DNA of 64,000 nt from an uncultured Planctomycetota bacterium (GCA_963823665.1 CAWGMQ010000003.1:608001-672000); one strand, 5' to 3'. Positions 24,948 to 36,515 are shown, counted from the first letter of the stretch. The notes: generated from the letters alone by a model not told the origin. A program made the numbers and translations.

Positions 24948-25574
24948 ATGAGTCCCGAACCGACCACCGCCGTCCTCCAGCGCTATCTCGACGTGTTGGC
25001 GGGGGATGCGCCCGCCGAGCCCATCATCCGGGCGCTCGTGGACCAATCGGTGCGTCGATTGCGACTGGTCTGTGCCAACCTTCTGTACCGGGGCTACCCA
25101 CGTCTGATGCAGCCCCCACTCAACCTGGAGCCTGACGATCTGCTCAGCGCCGTGGTGGAGCGGTTACTCAAAGCCATGCGTGAGGCCCGTCCACGGAGCG
25201 TGCGCGAATTCTTCGCGCTGGCCAACCAGCACATGCGCTGGGAGCTCAATGACCTGGCCCGCCGCCTCGACGATCAGCCTTCCGTGGTCGAACTGCACGA
25301 GAGCGTGGTGCCGGCGCCAGAGAGCAGCGTCTCCGAGCTGAGCTCGGACGGCCGCCGCATCATGCAGGCCATTGAAAACCTACCGGAAGAGGAGCGGGAA
25401 GTCTTCAGCCTGGTCCGAATCCAAGGATTGACCCATAACGAAGTCGCCGGCGTTCTGGGCGTCGCGAGCAAGACGGTGCAAAGGCGGTTGAATCGGGCTG
25501 TGTTGCTCTTGGCGGAGCAACTCGACGATCTGCGCCCGACGCAAGGACGGACCGACCGAAGTGGGCCGACGTGA
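24948..25574 (+). CDS. ECF-type sigma factor (Sigma70_ECF-like), copy 1
   Basis: REFFALANQHMRWELNDLARR and LPEEEREVFSLVRIQGLTHNEVAGVLGV..KTVQRRL. Confidence 0.9.
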   Translation: MSPEPTTAVLQRYLDVLAGDAPAEPIIRALVDQSVRRLRLVCANLLYRGYPRLMQPPLNLEPDDLLSAVVERLLKAMREARPRSVREFFALANQHMRWELNDLARRLDDQPSVVELHESVVPAPESSVSELSSDGRRIMQAIENLPEEEREVFSLVRIQGLTHNEVAGVLGVASKTVQRRLNRAVLLLAEQLDDLRPTQGRTDRSGPT

Positions 25575-28500
25575 CGACGTGGGGACGCGAGTGCGATGGC
25601 CGCTGATCCACGCGTGCGGTAACTTCCTGAGGAGGTCCTCGAATCGGACGCCCGACGATCGATTAATGGTTTCAGCGCGCCGGATCTGGACATCGATCGC
25701 GTCCCGCAGTGCGCGGCATTCCTGGCGCTCGGCCGGCGGCAACCGGTCCAGCGCTTCGCGGTTCAGAAGACCATCCAGTTGGGGATCGGCCCAGAGATGC
25801 GCCACTTTCTGGGCAACCAGCAAGCGATCTGCTTGCGGACCGCGGTCCAGCACGCTGCTCCAGAGGGTGACCTCGGCTCGAAGCCACTCGCGGGCCTGCT
25901 GGCGCCACCGGGCCCGCTCTGCTTCGCTGAGCCCGGCGGCGCTCGCGCCGAGACCACAGCCAACCAGCGTTGCGGCGCAAGCTGCCCGATAGCGGTGCTC
26001 GGTGTGGAGGTCGTCGGCCATTCGCGGTAACGCGTCGAGACCCTCGGCGTACAGGCGTGCCGCGGCGGCCGGTTGCCCCAGGATGCCGCAGAGCTCGGCG
26101 AGCTCGAAGGCTTCGGACGCGTCGGCGGCCTTCTCGTTCCCCTGGAGTACCGCGGAAAGACGATCCTGCAAGGCGATCAGTCGCTCGCAGCGCCGTAGCT
26201 GGGCCAGGACGTTGGATCGCAGCTCATGACCCTGAGGGAGCCGGTCAAGGCAGCGGCGGGTCGCGGTCAAGGCCTCGCGGAACCGCCCCAGGGCCACGAG
26301 CGCCTGGCCCCGTGCCGCGTGCGCCAACCAGAGCCACGGTTCGATCCGGACGGCCGTCTCGTAGTGGCCGATCGCCTCGTTCAGCCGGTCCGCGTCGCCC
26401 GGGGCGAGGCCAAGGCTGGCGCGGGAGAGCGTGGCGTTGGGGTCGATCCCGAGGGCGCGCTGGTAATTGATGATCCCCTGGTCCACCGCGATAAGGCGGG
26501 TCTTCTTTTGAGCCTCGGCTCGCACGGGGTCGTCGCGGACAGCCCGCTGATCGCGGTCGTTTGCTTCGTCCAGCCGGCCCTGGGCGGCTAGCGCGACGCC
26601 GAGCATGTACTCGGCCCGGCCGAACTCGGGGTCGAGCCGTAGCGCCTGCCGGTACTCGGCGATCGCCTCGTCCAGCCAACCCTTGTAGGCACGGAGCTCG
26701 CCCAGGTTGTTGTGAGGAGGAGCTAGCTCGGGGCCAAACCGGATGGCCACCTGGAACTGATGAAACGCTTCGGACCACTTGCCTTGGCCTTTCAAGGCCA
26801 GGCCGAGGTTATTGTGGGCCGGGGCGAAGTTGGGGTCGATCTCCAGGGACTTCCGGAAGTAGTCGGCGGCCTCGTCCCAGCGGCCCTTTGAGGTTGACAT
26901 GTTGCCGAGGTTGTTGTAGACGGCGGCAGAATCGCCCCGGAGCTCGAGCGCCCGCTGGTACGCGGCGTCCGCGCCCTTATGGTCGCCGCCTTCCTGCAAC
27001 GCCCGGGCCAGGGTCAAGGCGGCCCAGAAATCATCCGGATGCGCCTGGTGCACCCGCGCCAGGAACGCGGCCCCGTCACCGCCCAGAGCCCACAATCGCT
27101 CGCCCAATGCGACCAGGAAGGGCACTGGCTGCGCTGACAACGACGCCGTCCGGGCCGTCGTGGCGAGCGCGGTGCGGTCGGCCCACACCGCGGGATCACG
27201 GGCGCGGTCGCGCCAGGGCTCCGGGTCGACTCTCCGTGCCACCTCGAGGACCCACGCCCGGCGACTCTCGAAGGTGGCGCAGGCCGACCAGTCAGCGAGC
27301 GCGGCCAGGAGCTGCTCGCGCACGGTCGAGGCCGCGATCCGTCGCGCCACACTCGCTGTGTCGTCCCCGATCGTCCCGACGCCTGCTTCCCGTAACGCAG
27401 ACTCGTAGTCTCGATCCGCCCGCGCGTAATTGAAGCGCCGATCGGCCGCCGGATTCAATCGCCCCCCGACCAGAGCGGCGCGAGCCAGGTGGATGGCGTC
27501 CATGCGGGATACCAGGGATTGATCAAGGCGGGCCGTGTCCCGTTCGCGGCGCATTCCGGCCTCGCGTACCGACTTGAGCCAGAGGCCGGCGCCCAACAGC
27601 GCGACCCCCAGCAGCGTGCCGAGCGCGAGGGCCGCCGCCTGGACCCGCCGGCGACCTAACCACCGGACTGACCGTTCCAGAGGTCCGCTCGGGCGGGCGG
27701 TGATCGGCTCTGCCCGCTCGAAGCGGCGAAGGTCCGCCGCCAGCGCGGCGGCGCTCGAGTAGCGGCGGTGCGGTTCCTTGCGCAGGCACTTCAGGCAGAT
27801 GACCTCCAGGTCGCGAGGGACCTTCGCGTTCCAGCGTGAGGGGGGTGTGGGCTCCTGTTCGACGACTTGCCGCAGCGTCTCCGCCGTTGTTTCCGCCCGG
27901 AATGGAGGTCGTCCCGTCAGCGCCTCATACAGAATGGCCCCCAGCGCATAGACGTCCGCAACCGGTCCGATCGAGTGCGTCAGGCCCAGCGCCTGCTCCG
28001 GGGCCATGTAGTTCGGCGTGCCCAACGGAATTCCGCTGCGGGACAGCCCCGCCCCATCATCCAGCCGCCGGGCCAGCCCGAAGTCGGCGATCTTGGGGGT
28101 GCCATCTTCTGTCAAGAGAACGTTGCCCGGCTTCAAGTCGCGGTGGACGATACCGCGGTCGTGGGCCGCCTGGACGGCCTCAGCCACTGTGGCGAGGAGC
28201 ATGGCGGCCGGGCCGCCGGCGAGGGGGGTGCCGGCGAGCTTCTCGGCGAGGCTGCCCCCTTCGACAAATTCCATGGTGAAGTACGGCCGGCCCTCGAAGT
28301 CGCCGACCTGGTACACCTGCACGATGTTGGCGTGTCGCAGGCCCGCGGCCGCCTCTGCCTCGCGTTCGAAGCGCTCCCGTTCGTCTGGTCGGGCAAAGTC
28401 GCCGGCCAGCAGCATCTTGATGGCGACCGGGCGGTGGAGGCGCTGATCCCACGCCCGGTACACAACACCCATGCCGCCCCGGCCCAGCTCGTCCTGCACT

Positions 28501-28739
28501 TCGTAGCCGCTGAGATGAGGCGGTTGGGCGGTCCACGGCCTGGCCGCCGCCGTGCCGGCCTCGGAGCCGGCGGACGAGGGAAGCAGGACGTCGAGCTTGG
28601 CCTCGAGCCGGCGCACGTATTGCAGGCGCGCCTTGACCTCGGCCAGCAACTCGGCGTCGCCCGGGCACACCTCCTCAGGGCTCTTACCCGTATCGAGGAT
28701 TACCTCGAGCAGGTCTCGCAGGTCTCGCTCGCCTGCCAT
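25380..28739 (-). CDS. Ser/Thr kinase-TPR protein A (intact frame; 3' end overlaps sigma copy 1 antisense)
   Basis: Starts MAGERDLRDLL; full kinase motifs, TM, multiple TPRs (AHNNLGLAL) and RYRAACAA...WLRAEV C-terminal module. Confidence 0.92.
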   Translation of the reverse strand: MAGERDLRDLLEVILDTGKSPEEVCPGDAELLAEVKARLQYVRRLEAKLDVLLPSSAGSEAGTAAARPWTAQPPHLSGYEVQDELGRGGMGVVYRAWDQRLHRPVAIKMLLAGDFARPDERERFEREAEAAAGLRHANIVQVYQVGDFEGRPYFTMEFVEGGSLAEKLAGTPLAGGPAAMLLATVAEAVQAAHDRGIVHRDLKPGNVLLTEDGTPKIADFGLARRLDDGAGLSRSGIPLGTPNYMAPEQALGLTHSIGPVADVYALGAILYEALTGRPPFRAETTAETLRQVVEQEPTPPSRWNAKVPRDLEVICLKCLRKEPHRRYSSAAALAADLRRFERAEPITARPSGPLERSVRWLGRRRVQAAALALGTLLGVALLGAGLWLKSVREAGMRRERDTARLDQSLVSRMDAIHLARAALVGGRLNPAADRRFNYARADRDYESALREAGVGTIGDDTASVARRIAASTVREQLLAALADWSACATFESRRAWVLEVARRVDPEPWRDRARDPAVWADRTALATTARTASLSAQPVPFLVALGERLWALGGDGAAFLARVHQAHPDDFWAALTLARALQEGGDHKGADAAYQRALELRGDSAAVYNNLGNMSTSKGRWDEAADYFRKSLEIDPNFAPAHNNLGLALKGQGKWSEAFHQFQVAIRFGPELAPPHNNLGELRAYKGWLDEAIAEYRQALRLDPEFGRAEYMLGVALAAQGRLDEANDRDQRAVRDDPVRAEAQKKTRLIAVDQGIINYQRALGIDPNATLSRASLGLAPGDADRLNEAIGHYETAVRIEPWLWLAHAARGQALVALGRFREALTATRRCLDRLPQGHELRSNVLAQLRRCERLIALQDRLSAVLQGNEKAADASEAFELAELCGILGQPAAAARLYAEGLDALPRMADDLHTEHRYRAACAATLVGCGLGASAAGLSEAERARWRQQAREWLRAEVTLWSSVLDRGPQADRLLVAQKVAHLWADPQLDGLLNREALDRLPPAERQECRALRDAIDVQIRRAETINRSSGVRFEDLLRKLPHAWISGHRTRVPTSSRRPTSVGPSLRRAQIVELLRQEQHSPIQPPLHRLARDAQNAGDFVMGQSLDSDQAEDFPLLFR

Positions 28740-28746
28740 CGTTGGG
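27597..28746. repeat. 1150-bp direct repeat, copy 2
   Basis: Partner of 23676-24825; the six-frame ORFs are duplicated at the same offset. Confidence 0.9.
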
Positions 28747-28797
28747 CCTCCGCACATCTTCCCCGATCCCGCGCAGTCACGAGCTCCTGGCTCGGGC

Positions 28798-29415
28798 CTA
28801 CGTCTCGCCCGGCGACTGCCCGGTGGGCCGGAGGTCTTCCAGCCGCTGCGACAAGATGAGCAGCGCGCGATTGATCCGCCGCTGCACCGTCTTGATCGAC
28901 ACGCCGAGCACCTCGGCAGCCTCCCCGTGAGTGAGCCCCTGGATCCGCACCAGGCCAAACGCCTCACACTCGTCGGCTGGCAGCGTCTCAATCGCCTCCA
29001 GGATGCGGCGAGCGTCCGGAGTGAGCACGGACCCGCTGCTGGGTGGGGACGGCACCAGCTCCTCGCGGAGCTCGAAACCTGTGGACTGTGCATCTAAGCG
29101 GCGGGCCAGGTCATTGAGCTCCCAGCGCATGTGCTGGTTTGCCAGAGCGAAGAACTCGCGCACAGTTCGAGGGCGAACCGTGCGCATGGCCTTGAGCAAC
29201 CGCTCGACCACGGCCCCAAGGAACTCGTTGGTCTCGAGATTGAGCGGCGGCCGGGTCAGGCGCGGATAGCTGCTGTAGAGCATGCCGCCACACAACATCT
29301 CCAGCCGGCCGGCGGCGCGGTCGAAGAGTGCCCGGATGATGGGGTCGGCGGGTGCGTCTCCGGCCAGCGCGTCGATGTAGCGCTGCACGGCGGCGGTGGT
29401 GTGATCCTCGCTCAT
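28798..29415 (-). CDS. ECF-type sigma factor (Sigma70_ECF-like), copy 2
   Basis: Paralog of 24948-25574 with the identical REFFALANQHMRWELNDLARRLD block; an alternative start is at 29448. Confidence 0.9.
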   Translation of the reverse strand: MSEDHTTAAVQRYIDALAGDAPADPIIRALFDRAAGRLEMLCGGMLYSSYPRLTRPPLNLETNEFLGAVVERLLKAMRTVRPRTVREFFALANQHMRWELNDLARRLDAQSTGFELREELVPSPPSSGSVLTPDARRILEAIETLPADECEAFGLVRIQGLTHGEAAEVLGVSIKTVQRRINRALLILSQRLEDLRPTGQSPGET

Positions 29416-29472
29416 CGCGGATCCCCTAGCGTACGGGTCGTCCGTCATCGACAGCGATTGTACCGCTATCGG

Positions 29473-29489
29473 TGTCCACGGGCCACGCT
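29473..29489 (+). promoter_or_regulatory. Conserved motif TGTCCAC-N3-CCACGCT, copy 2
   Basis: TGTCCACGGGCCACGCT between divergent sigma copy 2 and kinase C, pointing at the kinase. Confidence 0.55.
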
Positions 29490-29615
29490 CAGGGGATCAG
29501 CGGGGAGGAGGGCGGTCGACCCCTCAAGCCGCGCGCCCTTCACCTCGGTTCGTCAGCATGGTCGCCAGGAGCTCGATGTCCGGGCACACGGCTTACCATA
29601 GGTGAGGATCCCGGG

Positions 29616-32600
29616 ATGGCCAACGATCCACGCGTCCAGGAACTGCTGGAGAAACTCCTCAACTCGGGGGGCACGCCCGAGGAGGTCTGCCGCGCGTCGC
29701 CCGAGCTGCTGCCGCGGGTCCGCGCGGGTTGGCAGCGACTGCGCGCCGTCGAGGCCGAGATCGGCGCGTTGTTTCCCAAGGCCCCCCCAGACGGCGCGAC
29801 GTCGGCGGTCCTCCCGGCCAGCGAGCCGCCGCGGGTCCGCGGATATGACGTGCAGGCTGTGCTGGGCCATGGCGGCATGGGCATCGTCTACAAGGCCTGG
29901 CACATGCGGCTCAACCGCCCGGTCGCCCTGAAGATGCTGATCAATGGCGCGTTCGCCCGCCCGAGCGAGCTGGAACGGTTCTTGCGAGAAGCCCAGGCTG
30001 TGGCCGGGCTGCGTCATCCGAATATCGTGCTGGTCCACGACGTCGGCGATGTGGACGGCCGGCCCTACTTCACGATGGAGTATGTCGAGGCGGGGAGCCT
30101 GTCCCAGAAGATCGCGGGCATGCCTCAGCCGGCGGGCCAGGCGGCCGCGCTGGTGGCAGTCCTGGCCCACGCTACCCACGTCGCTCACCGGGGTGGGATC
30201 GTCCACCGCGATCTCAAGCCAGCCAATATCCTGCTCACGGCCGACGGCACGCCCAAGATCACCGATTTCGGCCTGGCGCGGCGACTGGAGGCCGGCGGCG
30301 AGCTCACCCAGAGCGGCGCCATGCTCGGGACGCCGAGCTACATGGCCCCCGAGCAAGCCAAGGGCAAGCGGGATGCGATCGGGCCGGCGACGGACGTGTA
30401 CGCGCGAGGGGCGATCCTCTACGAACTGCTGACGGGCCGGCCGCCATTCCGTGGGGCGACGGCGACGGAGACGCAGTGGCAGGTGATCGAGCAGCAGCCG
30501 GTGCCGCCTTCGCGGCTCAACGCCAAGGTCCCGAGGGACCTGGAGACCGTCTGCCTGAAGTGCCTGGAGAAGGAACCCGGGCGTCGCTATGAGACGGCCA
30601 TCGACCTGGCCGAGGATCTCGGGCGGTTTGTCAACCATGAGCCGATCCGGGCTCGCCAGGTCGGGCCTGTGGGCCGGGCCCTGCGGTGGGCGCGGTGCCG
30701 GCCGTCACAGGCGGCGCTGCTGGCGGGCGGCCTGCTGCTGGCGATGAGTCTGGTCGGCGGCGGCGTGTGGGTCAGGACGGAGCGGGCGGTGACCCGTGCG
30801 CGGTCGAGGCCGACCTGCGCGAGGCCGAAGGCCACCAGCGCGAGTCGGACTGGGTGAAGGCGGGAGCCGCGCTCGAGCGGGCCCGCGGCCGGCTGGGCGG
30901 CCGTGGGCCGAGCGACCTGCTCGGGCGCCTCAAGCAAGATCAGCACGCGATGGACCTGGCCCTCCGCCTTGAGAACATCCGGCTCAATCGGGCGGGGTTG
31001 ATCGACGGACGCTTCGACTTGCCGCGTAACGGAACGATCGCGGCCCAGGCTTACCAGACGGTGTTTGACGAGGCCTGGCGCGGTCATTTTCCCGAGCACC
31101 TCGGGCGAGCCGCGGAGTGGATCGACAGGTCACCCGTGCGCGCGGCGCTGCTCGGCGCACTCGAGGATTGGGCGGTCTGCACGAACGATCTGAACCAGCG
31201 AGAAGCGCTGATGCGGGTCGCGCGCGTTGCCGACCCGAATGCCTGGCGCGACCGGCTGCGCACTCCCAAGAACTGGGGAGAGCGGGCAAAGCTGGAGCAA
31301 CTTGTCCGCACGGTGCCGTCGTCGGAGCGCTCCGTGAAATTGCTGACCGTCCTGGCGTTGCGGTTGCGTGACAGCGGAGGGGATGGCGTCGGGGTGCTGC
31401 GTCGCGTGCAGCTCATGGATCCCACTGATTTCTGGGCGAATTACACCCTGGCCTACGAGCTGAGAGAAACGGAGCCGGGGACGGCCATCGGTTATTACCG
31501 GGCCGCGCTGGCCGTTCGACCGGGAACGACCGTCCTCTACCATCACCTGGGCATGTGCCTGCACAAAGCGGGTCGTACGGATGAAGCGATCGACACGTTA
31601 CGGCGGGCCACCCAGATCGATCCGAGGTTCCGCGGCGTTTACAACGATCTTGGCATCATCCTGGAGGCCAAGTGGCGGCTGGACGAAGCGATCGAGCAAT
31701 ATGAGCAGGCCATCCGGGTCGACCCTACGTATGCGCTGTCGCGTTACAACCTCGGCAGGGCCCTGATTGTCCGGAACCGACTTGACGAGGCAATCGACCA
31801 CCTGAAGCGGGCTATCGAGATCAACCCCAAGTGGGTCGATGCGCAGACCGACTCGCGCGGGCGCTGTTGCAGCGGGGTCGGCGCGACGAGGCGATGGCGC
31901 ACATCCGAGAGGCGCTCCGACTCGACCCCAACTCGAGCGACGCTCTGACCCACCTCGCCCGTTCCCTGGAAGAACAGGGCCGGCCCGACGAGGCCCTCGC
32001 CGAGGGCCTGAAGATCCTCCGACTCAACTCGCGGGGCGGCGCGGCGAACCCGGGTGTGCACAGCCTCCTGCTGCGGGTCGGCGGGGCGCCCGAGCTTCGC
32101 CTCGCCTGGCAGAAGGCCCTTGCTGCGAATCCTCCTGATCACAACGCCTGGTTCGGCTACGCCGAGCTGTGCCTGTTCCTCGGCGATGTGGACGAGTACC
32201 GCCGGGCCCGCTGCGACTTGCTTGCTCGCTTCGGGGCCAGCACCGATCATTACGTCGCGGAGCGGACCGGACGCGCCTGCCTGCTGCTGCCCGCCTCGGA
32301 GGACGAGCTGCGCCAGGCGGCCGCGCTCACCGACCGCGCCGTGGCCGCTCGGGGATCTGACAAGAGCTCGGGGCCTCGCCCTTACGCCCTGTTCGCCAAG
32401 GGTCTGGCGGAGTATCGCCTGGGCCGTCATGAGAGCGCAATCGCCCTGATGGAACAGTGCGCCGCGGGGGTCAAGGGGCCCGCCGCCCGCTTCGTCGAGG
32501 CCATGGCCCGGCATCGCTCGGGACAGACAGCCGGCGCACGCAAGGCCCTGGCGACGGCGGTCCTCTCTTTCGATTGGAGTGCGGCAAAGGCGGACTCTCG

Positions 32601-33153
32601 GGATCCCGCCTGGATCGCGCACATCCTCCGCCGCGAGGCCGAGGCGATGATCCTGCCGGACTTGCCGGCGTTCCTGCAGGGGAACTATCAGCCGCGGGAC
32701 AACGACGAACGGCTGGCCCTGCTGGGGGTCTGCCAATTCAAGGATCTTCGCGGCGCCGAAGCCGGCCTCTACGCCGCGGCCTTCTCGGCCGACCCGAGAC
32801 TGGCCGAGGTGTTGGCGACTGGGCTCCGCTACCCCGCGGTCCGCGCCGCTGCCGCGGCCGGCGACGGCCGCGGTGCGGACGCGGCCAAGCTCGGCGCGGA
32901 GGAGCGGAACCGCTGGCACCGCCAGGCGCGCGACTGGCTCCGGGCCGAGGTCGCCCTCTGGAGACGGACGCTGGACGACGGTCCGCCGGCGGACCGGGTC
33001 CTGGTTCGGGACCGGCTGACACACCTGTGGGCCGATCCCGACCTCGCCAGGCTCCTGCACCCGGAGGTGCTCTATGAGCGGCCCTCTGCCGAACGCCGCT
33101 CGCTCCGGGGCGAAGTCGACGACCTGATCAGGCGAGCACAGACCATCGAATGA
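29616..33153 (+). CDS. Ser/Thr kinase-TPR protein C (frameshifts near 30800 and 31855)
   Basis: MANDPRVQELL start, GHGGMGIVY, HRDLKPANILL, GTPSYMAPEQ and TPRs. Joined from ORFs 29472-30857, 30686-31948 and 31831-33153. Confidence 0.88.
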
Positions 33154-33325
33154 GCTTCGAACCCGCGCCTTGCGCCATGGCCTCGATGCTCCCGTGTCGC
33201 GGCCGAGATCAAGGCACCCGCCACCAACGCGGATGGCTCAGTGGGAACGGTCTTCCCCGTCGAGCGAAACCTTGCCGCGAAAGTTGCGAAAGCGGCATAG
33301 CTCTAACTCCACATCGTCCTCGAAA

Positions 33326-34715
33326 TCAATCGATGAGTTTCATGAGCGCCAGATGGCCATCGGTATAAGGCGGGTAGCGAACGGGAATGTCGAGATGGGT
33401 CGACTTGGCGAGAACCCCCTTCCGGTGCGTGAACGTCTCGAAGCTCCACTGGCCGTGGTAGCGTCCCATGCCGCTGTCGCCGACGCCGCCGAACGGGAGC
33501 TCGGGGACGACCATGTGCATGATGACGTCGTTGATGCAGACGTTGCCCGAGCTTGTCTGGTCGATGACTTTGCGCTGCGTTGCCTCGTCGTTCGAGAAAA
33601 GGTAGAGAGCCAGCGGCTTGGGACGGTCGGTCACGAACTCGATCGCGGCGTTCATGCTCGGGACGGTGAGGACCGGCAGAATCGGCCCGAAGATCTCATC
33701 CTGCATGACCGGCGCCTTGGGCGAGACGCCCCGCAGGATCGTCGGCGCGATGTATCGCTCCTCGGCCTCGGCCTTGCCTCCGCAAACGACCTCGCCGTCG
33801 CGGAGCAACTTCGACAGCCTCTCAAAGTTGCGGTCGTTGACGATCCGGCAGTAGTCCGGGCTTTTTCGGGGGTCGTGACCGTAGAAGGCGGTCACGGCCG
33901 CGCGCAGGTGCGCGAGGAGCTCAAGCTCGACTGCCTCGTGCACCAGTACGTAGTCGGGTGCCACACAGGTCTGGCCGGCGTTACTGAACCGGCCCCAGGC
34001 GATCCGCCGCGCGGCGACTTCAAGCGAGGCGTCGCGGTCGACAAGGCAAGGTGACTTTCCGCCGAGCTCGAGGACAACGGGGGTGAGGTGCTTGGCGGCC
34101 TTCTCGAGCACGATCTGGCAGACGCGGCCGCCGCCCGTGAAAAAGATGAGGTCGAATCGCTCGCCAAGGAGCGCCTGGGTCTCCTCGGCCGCCCCCTCGA
34201 CCACCGAGACGGCCTCCGGGTCGAGGTAGCGCGGCACCAGGTCCGCCATCAGCGCAGCAGTGTGGACCGAGATCTCCGACGGCTTCAGGACCGCCGCATT
34301 GCCGCCGGCCAGCGCACCCACCAGGGGCGCCAGCAGCAGGTTGATGGGATAATTCCAGGCGCCGATGACGAGCACCACGCCGAGGGGGGTCGTGGGTGGT
34401 CCAGGACCGGCCGGGCTGGGCCAGGAGCGACGTGTGCTTCCGCTCCGGCCTCATCCAGTTGTCGAGGTGCTCGAGCGCGTCGTCGATCTCACCGATCACG
34501 AAGCCGACCTCGGTGAGATACGCTTCGAGCCGGGTCTTCCGGAGGTCGGCCCAAAGCGCCTCGAAGATGGCCGACTCCTCCTTTTTCAGGAGCGCCTTCA
34601 GGGCCTCGAGCTGCGCCCGGCGCCAGGAGCCGGGGCGCGTCCGCCCGCCGCGGAACGACGCCCGCGCCTTCGCGACCTTTTCCACAATCCCCGCCCCGCT
34701 GTTTGTCGTTGCCAA
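33326..34715 (-). CDS. Aldehyde dehydrogenase (ALDH3-like), frameshift in G-run near 34385
   Basis: AWNYP, LKPSE, LELGGKSP, GQTCVAPDY, EIFGPILP and [15 protein letters not shown]. Confidence 0.92.
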
Positions 34716-34746
34716 TGTGAGCCTCCCCTCTCGAGTTGGAGAGCGT

Positions 34747-35133
34747 TTATTTCGCTTTCGCCTTGACGACGACCGTCCCGCTCATGGTCTTGCCGTGCAC
34801 CTTGCAGTGATACTTGAATTCCCCAGCCTTCTCGAACTTGACTGGCTTCGTGGTCTCGCCGGGCTTGAACTCCTTGGTGTCGAAAGTCTTTCCGTCGTCG
34901 TCGGAGGCGGCGGTGTGGTTGGTGCGAGCCTCGTTGACCCAGACGACCGACTCACCCTCGGTGATCTCGACCTTCTTGGGGCTGAAGCTCAGACTCTTCA
35001 CCGTGACGGTGATCTCATTGGCCTTGGGGTCTGAGCTCTTGCCGTCAACCGCCCCAGGCGCCAGGTAGCAGAGCACCGCTAAGATCGTGAGCGCGCAGCA
35101 GACGGGAACGACCCACTTGTCTTGCATGTTCAT
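34747..35133 (-). CDS. Secreted cupredoxin (plastocyanin/azurin family)
   Basis: Signal peptide, NHTA and YHCKVHGKTM type-1 copper ligands. Confidence 0.88.
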   Translation of the reverse strand: MNMQDKWVVPVCCALTILAVLCYLAPGAVDGKSSDPKANEITVTVKSLSFSPKKVEITEGESVVWVNEARTNHTAASDDDGKTFDTKEFKPGETTKPVKFEKAGEFKYHCKVHGKTMSGTVVVKAKAK

Positions 35134-35275
35134 CTCCTTTCAGAGGTCCGTACCGTCGAACAGAATGGCGATCGTTCGGTTTACATCGGCGCAGTCCAGG
35201 GAAATGAGCCTTCTCCGTCGCGGCCGCGCCCGGCGAGAATTGGCCTGCCGGGCGCGGCGTGGGCGTGTCGCACCA

Positions 35276-36515
35276 CTAGAATTGCTTCATGTACTCGATG
35301 AGCGCACGCTTGTCTTCATCGCCGAGTTCACGTCCGTAGGTGTAGCGGGATTGGCTTGCCGTCTTTGTCATGGTCAAACACTTGCTCGGTGCCTGCCTGG
35401 TTCAACTTGAACCCCAGGCTAGACATCTGCCCGTAGCTGCCGCCCGCATCCCAATTGGGGCTCAGGGTCCGCGCGATGTGCGTACCCAGCTCCGACCGGT
35501 AAGTCGGTTCGGCGTCAGTACCGCCGATACCGTCGTTCTCGGGCAGGCCGACATGCCGGCTGATCGATTGCATCATCACCTTCTGCTCGGGTGTGATTCG
35601 CTCCGCGTGAGCCAGCTTGAGTCGATCGTTCAGCCGGTAAATCGAGTTGATCAGAATCGGGCCGTTGATGAAGTCCGACGGGAACCGAGTCGTCTCACTC
35701 GTGCCCGGCGGCTGGCTGTGCAAGTAGTGCCAGGCGAACGTGTCTTTCGGCGCGTCGAAGCCGAACAGCATCCCTTCGCGGAAATACTGACCGCCGATGT
35801 GAGAATCGATGTTTTCCCACTTCGGCTCGGCCGGGTTCTTGGGCGGCCGATTGGGGTTGAAGGCCGTGTGGCACACGGCACAGGCCATCCCGACGTGGAA
35901 CGGCGGCTCGACACTGCTCGCATCATCGAGGTACTTGTCGATCGACCATTTCTTGGCGTCGAAGTCCTTGTTCTTGAAGAGTTGCAGGCCGACGACTCCG
36001 CTGGAGAAGCCGAAGACTTCGGGATCCCAGGTGAGCGTGCCATCCTTCCTCCGGTCGATCTTCAGGCCGTACTGGTCAGGTTTGTCGACGGCCACGCAGT
36101 CGGGGTCGTTGATGAGCCCGATTTTTTCCCACCGCTCGGAACGCGGCACGGTATGCAGCATCCGCAAGAGGTCGATCCGGGCTGTGAGCACGTTTTCATT
36201 GTTGCTGGTGAGCTTGGCAGTCTCCCGCCAGTAACCCGGATTATCAAAACCACACCACCAGTGCCAGAAATCCATGCCGTCGCCGACTTTTTCTGGGTCC
36301 ACACCGTAACGCTTGGCCGCGGCGTCGGCGTGGTTCTTCCGGTGCGAAGCGTACGTCTGCTCGCCGTCCTTCACTGGGCGACCGAAGGTGTACTCGACCT
36401 CGTCGTCTTCCGCGGCGAGCGCGGGGGCGCGATCCCCGCCCAAGCCCCACAGTGCCGCCAGGGCCAATGCGGCAATGGCGCCGCCCCCAAGGATTTGCTG
36501 TCTGCCGGTGCTCAT
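35276..36515 (-). pseudogene. Secreted c-type heme protein, apparently with internal deletion(s)
   Basis: Signal peptide and CAVCH motif. A cytochrome-type C-terminus HTYGRELGDEDKRALIEYMKQF* lies out of frame at 35276-35345. Confidence 0.65.

Noticed and set aside
23676..28746. Diversity-generating retroelement template/variable repeat pair
   Set aside because: The copies are nearly identical with no pattern of adenine-specific mismatches, cover the kinase domain rather than a C-terminal variable region, and no RT is present.
28740..29093. N-terminal extension of kinase A (1237-aa ORF)
   Set aside because: It overlaps sigma copy 2 in another frame; the repeat boundary and paralog B support the start at 28739.
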